Notes under the pieces: generated by a model
The model's database searches: none
Seen by the model: only the letters and a program-made list of their open reading frames with translations
Told to the model about the DNA's origin: nothing
Origin: an uncultured Gammaproteobacteria bacterium
GTDB taxonomy: Bacteria > Patescibacteriota > Patescibacteriia > UBA9934 > CAZDDW01
Direction: 5' to 3'
NCBI GenBank assembly: GCA_965231015.1
Contig: OZ246408.1
Span: forward strand, 686,595 to 750,594
DNA length: 64,000 bases
In this document: one piece after another, positions 18,902-26,648 of the stretch
Layout: the number at the start of each line of letters is the position of its first letter
Numbering within the stretch: position 1 is the first letter of the stretch
Translations under genes and position numbers: made by a program

Positions 18902-19687
18902 TTATTGCAAAAGTCTTACCACCACGTCGATGATTCCGGCACCGAGCGGAGCGAGTTCAGCAAAAGCGACTGCATCAAGATCAATGACTCGATCAGGATG
19001 AACAGACCGATCCGGACCGTAATCATTCACTTCGACTGTGACTGTTTTATCTGAATTAACAGCCGAAACCACCAGGAAAGTTCCCTTGGGATAATCAGGT
19101 GAAGCAGCGCAGTTACATTCTTTATACGCATACCAACTGGCCTTTCCGGCTGACATAACCGGATCCGAGAACACGGCCAAACGGGCATATGGTAAATGAA
19201 TCAACGCTCGTACTGAGTTCAAACTCGGATAATCCATGCTTGGTAATTCCTCCCAAGCATTAGTGACAGCATTAAAAAAATAAATGCGCTTATAGCTTGG
19301 TAAGGTTACCAACTCATCTTCCGGAGGATCATACTTAATTTCAAGAAAGAAAAAATCCGAGCCATCATAGCTTTCCTTATTCAGTATATCAAAAAGGTAC
19401 ACGTTTCCCAAGAGCTCTTTGCCCTCAGGATAAGTATCTACCATCAGATCCGGCGGTAGAGTTTTTACGTCCACTTGAGTGTCCACATTCAAAGTTTCCG
19501 GACGAATTCCAAGCCGCATCATCGTGTCTGAACTTTCGAGCGTATATCCTTTGACGATCGTCTCAGCATCAAAATAGGTCGATAACACGACCTCTTCATC
19601 ATTTTCTTGGGCTAAAACAGGCAAAAACGAACCGCAAAAAGCAGTCAAAACAGCAATTGTGAGAAAAGATAGAAATAATCTTGCCAT
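18902..19687 (-). CDS. Secreted RlpA-like (double-psi beta-barrel) protein
   Basis: Signal peptide MARLFLSFLTIAVLTAFCGS. C-terminal region GKASWYAY...GTFLVVSAVNSDKTVTVEVNDYGP is typical of the RlpA DPBB domain. Confidence 0.7.
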   Translation of the reverse strand: MARLFLSFLTIAVLTAFCGSFLPVLAQENDEEVVLSTYFDAETIVKGYTLESSDTMMRLGIRPETLNVDTQVDVKTLPPDLMVDTYPEGKELLGNVYLFDILNKESYDGSDFFFLEIKYDPPEDELVTLPSYKRIYFFNAVTNAWEELPSMDYPSLNSVRALIHLPYARLAVFSDPVMSAGKASWYAYKECNCAASPDYPKGTFLVVSAVNSDKTVTVEVNDYGPDRSVHPDRVIDLDAVAFAELAPLGAGIIDVVVRLLQ

Positions 19688-19748
19688 AGGCTTAATTAGC
19701 CTATATAATACCCGAGCTTAAGCTTTTTTACAATTAAGTTTTCCACGC

Positions 19749-19825
19749 GCCGATGTAGCTCAGCCGGTTAGAGCGCTGCACTCGTAATGCAGAGGTCGGG
19801 AGTTCGACTCTCCCCATCGGCTCCA
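19749..19825 (+). tRNA. tRNA-Thr (anticodon CGT)
   Basis: Cloverleaf: acceptor GCCGATG/CATCGGC, D-arm GCTC..GAGC, anticodon arm CTGCA-CTCGTAA-TGCAG, T-arm GGGAG-TTCGACT-CTCCC, with CCA encoded. Confidence 0.9.
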
Positions 19826-19869
19826 GACCATCGAACGGCCAAAACCCGTTCGATAGAGCCATTTCAAAA

Positions 19870-19897
19870 CACCGGTCAAACGCCGGTGTTTTGTGTC
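19870..19897. terminator. Bidirectional terminator between tRNA-Thr and the PPIase gene
   Basis: Stem caccgg-tcaaacg-ccggtg, followed by TTTTGTGT on the plus strand and a T-run on the minus strand. Confidence 0.7.
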
Positions 19898-19965
19898 GTA
19901 CAATTATAGCAACGTGCAAGGTTGAAATGTTTCACGGAGCTTAAATCGACAATTGTTTCACAGAA

Positions 19966-20958
19966 TCAGATCGTAATCAGTTTTGTGACCTTAGCGTTAG
20001 CCAGTTCTTCGTTGATCACGTCTTCAATGGTTCGTTTGGAAACAATAATTACAGAAACACTCATTTGCGGATCCTCGGCCTCCGGATCCACAATTTCATC
20101 TACCTGCAATATTCCATAAACCTCTGAAGCCTCCAAGACATCACTCACCTCCCCTTCTTCCATTTCAAGCAACACAACTCCCCACTCATCACCAAACTCA
20201 CTCGGATACACGTAACCGATATTTCCACCGTTTACTCCAGACGGATCTTCACTCACTCGCATTGCCACCTCGCTAAATTCAGCTCCACTCTGAATTTCTG
20301 CTAAAGCGTCTTCGGCAATTTGTTTTTGTCCAGCCTGCAATTCCTCGTCCTTAAGCAAATTATCCTGCACTTCAGACGCCAGAACTAGGGGCGTTAACAC
20401 TCGTTCTCTGAATTCGTCCAAGGTCCATCCATAATTTTCCGATACCAGCTCGGTCAAATCCTCAACCGTTCCTCCTGAATCTGTGACTGCCTGATCCATT
20501 AGACGATCCACCTTGGTTTCATCAACTTCCACTCCCCGTTCCTTAGCTAAATCTTCAATGATCTGACTACGAATCATGTTATCAAACAAGTTAGCTATCA
20601 TTTCATCTCCTTCCGGAATTGGATATCCGGACTCTTCAGACTGCACAGCATAAAAATTCATTAATCCATCATATCCGCTCAACAATTCCGAATAACTTAC
20701 CCAGGAACCGTTTACTACTGCCGCCGGATAAGGAATCACGTTTACAATTTGCCGTAATACTTTTTGATCATAATCAGCCCTGTATACATAAACCGTCATG
20801 GCTGTGGCAGCCAGTAATAAACCCACCACTAGTGCAATAATAGATAGCTGAATCGGATTGATGCGTTGGGTCTTATTTTTTATCTTTGGACCGTCTTCTT
20901 TTACTTCCTCCGATTTAGTTGCTTCTTCAGTTGTCAGATTGGTTTTATTAGTATCCAT
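19966..20958 (-). CDS. Membrane-anchored parvulin-type peptidyl-prolyl isomerase (PrsA/PpiC-like)
   Basis: N-terminal TM segment, then a C-terminal rotamase-like region (SGAEFSEVAMRVSEDPSGVNGGNIGYVYPSEF). Confidence 0.6.
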   Translation of the reverse strand: MDTNKTNLTTEEATKSEEVKEDGPKIKNKTQRINPIQLSIIALVVGLLLAATAMTVYVYRADYDQKVLRQIVNVIPYPAAVVNGSWVSYSELLSGYDGLMNFYAVQSEESGYPIPEGDEMIANLFDNMIRSQIIEDLAKERGVEVDETKVDRLMDQAVTDSGGTVEDLTELVSENYGWTLDEFRERVLTPLVLASEVQDNLLKDEELQAGQKQIAEDALAEIQSGAEFSEVAMRVSEDPSGVNGGNIGYVYPSEFGDEWGVVLLEMEEGEVSDVLEASEVYGILQVDEIVDPEAEDPQMSVSVIIVSKRTIEDVINEELANAKVTKLITI

Positions 20959-21406
20959 AAATCTTTAGTGTTTGATATTTTTCATGATTAAAGAAGTAAT
21001 ACCACCATCTGGTTGGATTGGCAACTTCAAAATTATTTTCCTGCTGGTAATTAATGTGTTGAAGCGGGGCCTGGTTTTCATTAAGACTCACTGAAGCGAC
21101 ATCATCTTCGTCGACCACCACCACTAACTGCTCACCCGGTTTTACCAATCCTAATTTCAATCGAGCCTCACCTTCAATAAAAGTTTCACTATTCAGTTCA
21201 TTGTTCAAGTTAGCAATTTCTAAATTATGAACTTCCAGTTCTTCAGCTTCGGTACGCAAGGATTCTATTTCTCGATTGATCTCCCAATCTCGCATAAATT
21301 CTCGCCCGAACGATAGAGCCAAAAAAGCCAACACCAACATATTGATCACGAGGAAAATTCGCAACTCCAGGATTCGTCGAATTAAGCTTTTTTTATGCTC
21401 GGGCAT
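20948..21406 (-). CDS. ftsB: Septum formation initiator FtsB/DivIC family
   Basis: 152 aa with a TM segment, a coiled coil and the ARLKLGLVKPGEQ motif. Confidence 0.75.
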   Translation of the reverse strand: MPEHKKSLIRRILELRIFLVINMLVLAFLALSFGREFMRDWEINREIESLRTEAEELEVHNLEIANLNNELNSETFIEGEARLKLGLVKPGEQLVVVVDEDDVASVSLNENQAPLQHINYQQENNFEVANPTRWWYYFFNHEKYQTLKIYGY

Positions 21407-21409
21407 AAA

Positions 21410-22048
21410 TTATTCTTCATCATCAGCAAAAAAATCTTCTAACGCCTTTTTCCTAAATTTCTTTTGCGTTTCTTCAGTCATAGCCGCAATTTCTTCATCT
21501 GACAAACTCTTAGCCGCTTTACGCAACTCGCGCTCTTTCGGATCCGCCGGTTCGCCCTCTAATACTGCTTCACGGAGATCGTTTATTAAATCGTGTAATT
21601 TGGCCGGCTGCTTGACCCGACGTACTTCAATATCAGCCGCGGAACCCGTGGTACGAATTAATACAAAACCATAACCAAAAATTGTGGCCAATAAACCTTT
21701 TTTACGATAAGAAACATCATCAATTCCAGAATAAAACAGTTCGGAAATGGTACGATCAAAAAAGCCGTGCTGATCAATGTCAATGAGGCGGCGATCAGTT
21801 ACCACAAACATGGTTCGTTGCCAACTAAACCAGGTTCGATACACAAAGAATAAGCAGGCTAAAAGCACGACTACAAAAATTAATACTCCCCACTCACCAA
21901 GTGTAAACAAGGGGAACATAAAAAAGAACGGTAACACAAACCAGACCACCAATATGACCATCCACGGAATGTAGGGCACAAAGTTTTGCCGAACGGTCAT
22001 AAGAATGTCTTCTTCTGGTTTAAGTTGTATAATTTTTGACGAGTCCAT
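21410..22048 (-). CDS. Membrane protein with bacterial PH (bPH_2/YdbT-like) domain
   Basis: Two N-terminal TM helices, then TDRRLIDIDQHGFFDRTISELFYSGIDDVSYRKKG. Confidence 0.55.
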   Translation of the reverse strand: MDSSKIIQLKPEEDILMTVRQNFVPYIPWMVILVVWFVLPFFFMFPLFTLGEWGVLIFVVVLLACLFFVYRTWFSWQRTMFVVTDRRLIDIDQHGFFDRTISELFYSGIDDVSYRKKGLLATIFGYGFVLIRTTGSAADIEVRRVKQPAKLHDLINDLREAVLEGEPADPKERELRKAAKSLSDEEIAAMTEETQKKFRKKALEDFFADDEE

Positions 22049-22049
22049 A

Positions 22050-23405
22050 TTATTTTATTTTTTGTAAAGCCTTCCGAGCTTCTGCCCGATCGTCCCAAGG
22101 AATGGTTTTGCCGTGTTTAATGGCCATAACCGGCTCACTTCCCTTTCCGGTTATCAAGACAATGTCACCGGATTCAGCCAATCTAACAGCTCGTTGAATA
22201 GCCTCACTACGATCCAAGATCTTAAACAGGTCTTTATTTTCAACCGAGCCTGATTCAAGCGCTCCAGCGGCTACCTGATCGATTATAGCCTGCGGGTAAT
22301 CGTCATACGGATCTTCATTAGTCACAATTGTAATGTCAGCAAACTGACTGGAAATAGCACCGATTTTGGGACGACGGGCCACATCTCGTCCACCGCCGGT
22401 TGACCCAGTTACGTGAATGATTCGTTTGTAATTAAAGTGCTCAACTGTTTCAAATAATTTCGTTAAAGCCACTGGCTCAAAGGCATAATCAACAATCACA
22501 GTAAAATCCTGACCTTCGTCAATTACTTCGATTCGACCTGGCACAAGTTCGAGTTTTGATACTCCGCGAGCGATTACGTCCCAACCAAACCCGAGAGCGC
22601 GAGCCACCGCAATGGCCGCGAGAACGTTCATGACGTTGAATAACCCAAGTGGCTTGAGTTCAAACTCATGTTCTCCAACCATGAAACTCGATCCCGCAGC
22701 AGACGTTTTGATCTCCGAGGCTAAGATCTGCACGTCGCAGATGGTACGCGGCCCGTCGTTCTTGGTCGACGTGCGACGTGCGACGTGCGACGTGCCAAAC
22801 CCATACGTTTTCTCTGACTTAAACGAAGCAAAGTAATCAACGTATTCATCATCAAGATTTAGAATCTTAGTCTTCATTGGCTTCGTTGATTCGTTGCTTC
22901 GTTGATTCGTTGATTCCATTAAATGCTCAAACAATTTTCCTTTGGCTTGCTTATAGTTTTCAAACCCACCATGGGCTTCGATGTGCTCGGGTGTAAGATC
23001 AGTTATTAAAACCACATCGTAATCGATTCCAAGGTGTCGATATTGATCAATCCCCTGCGAACTGGTTTCAATCACCGCGTACTTTACTCCGCTCTTTACC
23101 ATTTGGCGCAACAATCTCTGCAACTGAAACCGACCGAGCATGGTCATTTTTTTATCATTGGTCCACTCGCGTCCAGCTACCTTGAAAGAATTCGTGGTCG
23201 CCCATCCGACCTGCTCGCCAGCGTATTCCAAAATCTGCCCGATCCACTCACAGGTGGTGGTCTTACCATGTGTTCCAGTAACCCCGATAACTACGAGCTC
23301 TTGAGACGGATTTCGGTATAGCCAAGCAGCCAAATACGACAAAACCCAGTGATATACCTTAATCACCGGCTCTGGCACGAGCTTTCGTACAAAATGTTTA
23401 ATCAT
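22050..23405 (-). CDS. Mur ligase family protein (MurE/MurF-like)
   Basis: 451 aa. VVIGVTGTHGKTTT P-loop, DYDVVLITDLTPEH, GLFNVMNVLAAIAVARALG and a C-terminal ITGKG. It contains two short tandem nucleotide repeats (see findings). Confidence 0.75.
   Translation of the reverse strand: MIKHFVRKLVPEPVIKVYHWVLSYLAAWLYRNPSQELVVIGVTGTHGKTTTCEWIGQILEYAGEQVGWATTNSFKVAGREWTNDKKMTMLGRFQLQRLLRQMVKSGVKYAVIETSSQGIDQYRHLGIDYDVVLITDLTPEHIEAHGGFENYKQAKGKLFEHLMESTNQRSNESTKPMKTKILNLDDEYVDYFASFKSEKTYGFGTSHVARRTSTKNDGPRTICDVQILASEIKTSAAGSSFMVGEHEFELKPLGLFNVMNVLAAIAVARALGFGWDVIARGVSKLELVPGRIEVIDEGQDFTVIVDYAFEPVALTKLFETVEHFNYKRIIHVTGSTGGGRDVARRPKIGAISSQFADITIVTNEDPYDDYPQAIIDQVAAGALESGSVENKDLFKILDRSEAIQRAVRLAESGDIVLITGKGSEPVMAIKHGKTIPWDDRAEARKALQKIK
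22767..22794. repeat. Four tandem copies of heptamer CGACGTG inside the Mur ligase CDS
   Basis: Direct reading: cgacgtg x4. The unit length is not a multiple of 3. Confidence 0.8.
22882..22917. repeat. Tandem ~8-nt repeats (TCGTTGAT/TCGTTGCT) inside the Mur ligase CDS
   Basis: ttcgttgattcgttgcttcgttgattcgttgattcc. Confidence 0.7.
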
Positions 23406-23536
23406 GTAGGCTTATTTTAGCAGGAAAAGACAGTGAAAACAAGGACGTAAAACCACCAAACCACGCACCACTCAATCTTTAAACAGACCTTTATTCTCGT
23501 ACGGACGAAAATAAGATACAAAAATATTGTACACTT

Positions 23537-23552
23537 TTTCACGATCGTGAAA
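23537..23552. promoter_or_regulatory. Perfect 16-nt palindrome TTTCACGATCGTGAAA (putative operator)
   Basis: Perfect dyad located 134 nt upstream of the Mur ligase start and downstream of the ArsR gene. The core recurs three times at 58.5-59.0 kb. Confidence 0.6.
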
Positions 23553-23570
23553 TTTTATACAATTTCTCAT

Positions 23571-23590
23571 TTTTACTTTCGTGCGAATGT
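23571..23590. repeat. Direct repeat copy 1 (TTTTACTTTCGTGCGAATGT) flanking the ArsR gene
   Basis: Differs by one mismatch from the copy at 23874-23894. Confidence 0.6.
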
Positions 23591-23602
23591 ACTGATGATC
23601 AT

Positions 23603-23863
23603 CTATAACATTCCGAGAATATATTTTGATGGTTGATCAGATATCGACTCGAGGCAGTAAATTTTTTCTTTCCCAACATATGAACCTTTTACCAGATCAA
23701 CTGACCTCAGGATTGCCAAATGTCTAGAGGTCGATTTCAAAGATAAATCAATCTTATCTGCTATCTCCCAAACCGAGGCTTTTTTCTCTTTTTTTAGATA
23801 CGCCAATATTTCCAATCTCTTCTTATTCGCCAACGCTTTTAATTGTTTCTCCATGTTTTTCAT
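23603..23863 (-). CDS. ArsR/SmtB-family winged-helix transcriptional regulator
   Basis: 86 aa. HTH region LEILAYLKKEKKASVWEIADKIDLSLKSTSRHLAILRSVDLV. Confidence 0.75.
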   Translation of the reverse strand: MKNMEKQLKALANKKRLEILAYLKKEKKASVWEIADKIDLSLKSTSRHLAILRSVDLVKGSYVGKEKIYCLESISDQPSKYILGML

Positions 23864-23873
23864 ATTTTTTTAA

Positions 23874-23894
23874 TTTTCACTTTCGTGCGAATGT
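23874..23894. repeat. Direct repeat copy 2 (TTTTCACTTTCGTGCGAATGT), immediately upstream of the ArsR start codon
   Basis: See copy 1. Confidence 0.6.
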
Positions 23895-23930
23895 CCCTAT
23901 ATACTCAAACAAAATCGCACATATATTTTA

Positions 23931-25388
23931 TCATTTATCATTCGACATTCCGATCTTCCCCACTTCCTCCTTAAACTGATCACCGCGGTCGAATTCATTT
24001 TTAAAGATTCCGAAACTAGCACAACCCGGCGAGAGCAAGACCACGTCATCCTTAGTGGCGATTTCACGGGCGGCTTCTACGGCCTTGGGCATGGAATCAA
24101 TTCGCATAGTGCTCACGTCTTTACCTATCGCTGCTTCGAGTTTGTCTGTCGCCGTTCCCTCGAATAAAATGACGTGCTTACACGTGGCTCGAATCACATT
24201 TCCAAGTTCGTCAAAACCTAGCCCCTTATCCGCACCACCGGCTAGCAAAACGATGTTGCTATTTTGGCCAAAGCGCTGCAGTGCCGCAATAGCGGCAGCC
24301 GGTGCAGTCGCGGTCGTATCGTTCACGTACTTTACTCCGCCAATTTCGTCCACGAGTTCTTGCCGGTCGGCTACCCCCTCGAAAGTCGAGAGCACCTCGC
24401 GAATAGTTTCTGATTCTACGTCACGAAGTCGAGCTACTGCAATGGCCGCAAGTGCGTTTTCGAGATTATGATTCCCTGGTTGGGCTAACTCCGATTTCTG
24501 CATCACAACTTCTTCTCCACTCTCAGTTCGCCACACAACCTCATCGCCACGAGCAAAAGCCCCAAACTTACCTTCTGGCAATTCGGACTTGGAAAACCAA
24601 AATAACCGACTTGGAACTTTGGGTTCGAGTTCACGAGTTTGGTCTTGGTCGAAATTTAACACACATGACTGATCAGACGTTTGGTTCTTGAAAATAACAG
24701 ACTTGGCTTCAATATAATGATCCATCGAGTCATAACGATTTAAATGATCTTCGTACAAGTTTGTGAGCACAGCCACTTCTGGCCCGCGTTTAACGTCGGC
24801 TAGAGTCTCTAGCAACCAACTAGAAAGCTCGAGCGTGACTGGTCGTGGTTCCCGTTCTTCTACAATTTCGTCCAAAAACTCGAGCGGCGAAACCTTGATA
24901 TTTCCGGCTACCACAGCTCGCTCATCCACCTCAAGCATAATATCCCCGATCATACTTACAGTCGTTGATTTACCTTTTGCCCCGGTCACGGCTACAAATG
25001 GATGAGGATCAAGTTCATAAAAAATTGACACGTCCGAAATCACCGGCACATTATGATCTTTAGCGATTTTTAAGAACTCGGACTCGCGTGGCACGTCTGG
25101 ATTTTTCACCACAAATTGAGCATTAGCAAAATCTTCTTCGTGGTGCTCCCCCATTACAAAAACTGGATGATAAATTTCACGGTCAGTGATATCGGCCTTG
25201 TATTTGGAAAACCATTTCATCACCTCTTTAACCGACTCTTTAAGATCTTCTTCTGTTTTTAAATCTGTAATCACGGTCTGGGCACCATGACGCATTAACC
25301 ATTTAGTGGCCCCGACACCACTTCCTTGTAAAAAGCGACCGAGTCCCATCACGGTCACCACAGAATCTTTAAAAACTTCAACTTGCAT
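23931..25388 (-). CDS. murD: UDP-N-acetylmuramoylalanine--D-glutamate ligase MurD
   Basis: 485 aa. N-terminal Rossmann VTVMGLGRFLQGSGVGATKWLMRHGAQTVITD, central VTGAKGKSTT, and a Mur ligase C-domain. Confidence 0.75.
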   Translation of the reverse strand: MQVEVFKDSVVTVMGLGRFLQGSGVGATKWLMRHGAQTVITDLKTEEDLKESVKEVMKWFSKYKADITDREIYHPVFVMGEHHEEDFANAQFVVKNPDVPRESEFLKIAKDHNVPVISDVSIFYELDPHPFVAVTGAKGKSTTVSMIGDIMLEVDERAVVAGNIKVSPLEFLDEIVEEREPRPVTLELSSWLLETLADVKRGPEVAVLTNLYEDHLNRYDSMDHYIEAKSVIFKNQTSDQSCVLNFDQDQTRELEPKVPSRLFWFSKSELPEGKFGAFARGDEVVWRTESGEEVVMQKSELAQPGNHNLENALAAIAVARLRDVESETIREVLSTFEGVADRQELVDEIGGVKYVNDTTATAPAAAIAALQRFGQNSNIVLLAGGADKGLGFDELGNVIRATCKHVILFEGTATDKLEAAIGKDVSTMRIDSMPKAVEAAREIATKDDVVLLSPGCASFGIFKNEFDRGDQFKEEVGKIGMSNDK

Positions 25389-25411
25389 AAGAAAATGATT
25401 AAAGATATTCG

Positions 25412-26071
25412 TTAAAATTTTCCTCTAAGATAATCTAATCTGACGATTGTCATAGCTTTAATAATTTCAAGCGACATTTTGACGTACTCAATAAAACCTC
25501 GCCAATAACCAACCTTCTCGTACTTGTGAACGATTTTAATCCCCGGCAACTTCACTCCGCCGTAGGTTAGCTTTCGAGAACGACAGTAATAGTTGAGAGC
25601 CGACTCAATCATAAAGCCTTGCTTATACCGATCCGGAATAGCTTCAAAAACATGTCGGTACATGGCTCGTTCTCCACCGATGAGTGGCAAATAATGCATC
25701 AAACCTGTAATCAACCCTCCGCGGTCACGCAACCCCACATTCATGACTCGAGCCCCTTTCAAAACCGGCAGCACGATTCGTTCAGCGTGATCGGCTTTAA
25801 AACCTTTAAGATCCGCATCAAAAAACGCCACCACTTCTGTTTCGGCGTGGGCGAGTCCATGCTGCATGGCCGCTCCTTTCCCATTCTTGACCGGCAACTG
25901 ATACACGGTTGCCCCGGCCGCTTCAGCCACCCGGGCGGTATTATCCGTTGACCCGTCTGAAATCACAATCACCTCTTTAAAATATGGTGATTGCATCAGT
26001 TCTTTAACCACCGGTCCGATGGTTAAAGATTCGTTATAGGCTGGAACAATAGCTGTAACTAGTTTTTCCAT
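25412..26071 (-). CDS. Glycosyltransferase family 2 (polyprenyl-phosphate sugar transferase-like)
   Basis: AIVPAYNESLTIGPVVKEL...VIVISDGSTDNTARVAE...FFDADL (DxD). Confidence 0.75.
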   Translation of the reverse strand: MEKLVTAIVPAYNESLTIGPVVKELMQSPYFKEVIVISDGSTDNTARVAEAAGATVYQLPVKNGKGAAMQHGLAHAETEVVAFFDADLKGFKADHAERIVLPVLKGARVMNVGLRDRGGLITGLMHYLPLIGGERAMYRHVFEAIPDRYKQGFMIESALNYYCRSRKLTYGGVKLPGIKIVHKYEKVGYWRGFIEYVKMSLEIIKAMTIVRLDYLRGKF

Positions 26072-26072
26072 A

Positions 26073-26645
26073 CTATTTTCTCATACTAATTTCATACATA
26101 ATTTGCTCCAGGTTGCGCAAATTCTTTTTAGCTTGATCAAATTTCTGTCGCAAGTATCCAGTTAAATCAAGGCTAAGCATGAATTCAATCGCTTCTTCTG
26201 TGGCCGCTTGTGCATGCTTAACGGCCTCAAAATTTCCTGCTGTTGCCTCACGAATTGCGTAGCGCACAACTTCTCCTGTTGCATCAGACAGAGCTCCAAG
26301 ATAAGTTCCCGGATCCATAACACGAACTTCAAGCTTGCCAAACTCGCCCTTTGAAATAAACTGGTCAAACAGTAATGCCTCAGCATACTCCTCAAGTGCT
26401 GCCTGATAGGCCCCTTCATAACGCAGACGAGGGATGGTTTTAAAATTCTTTTCAGCTTTTCCCAACGAACCAATCGCAAGCTTGATTGACACCTTTGCTC
26501 CAACCTTATCACCACGATGCAATGCAAATACAGCTTTCTTAGAAGCACTCAGGGCATCATTCGAATAACGAATTAATTCGCGACGATATTTCAAATATTT
26601 TCCCTGTTTCCTTCCAACCTCAACAAAAGCTTTTTTAGTGGACAT
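26073..26645 (-). CDS. Translin-family-like alpha-helical protein
   Basis: 190 aa. GEVVRYAIREATAGNFEAVKHAQAA...LRQKFDQAKKNLRNLEQIMYEI resembles the conserved C-terminal translin signature. This is from memory and was not searched. Confidence 0.45.
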   Translation of the reverse strand: MSTKKAFVEVGRKQGKYLKYRRELIRYSNDALSASKKAVFALHRGDKVGAKVSIKLAIGSLGKAEKNFKTIPRLRYEGAYQAALEEYAEALLFDQFISKGEFGKLEVRVMDPGTYLGALSDATGEVVRYAIREATAGNFEAVKHAQAATEEAIEFMLSLDLTGYLRQKFDQAKKNLRNLEQIMYEISMRK

Positions 26646-26648
26646 ATT

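Noticed and set aside
19734-19919. 61-aa ORF on the minus strand
   Set aside because: It overlaps tRNA-Thr and its terminator, so it is not coding.
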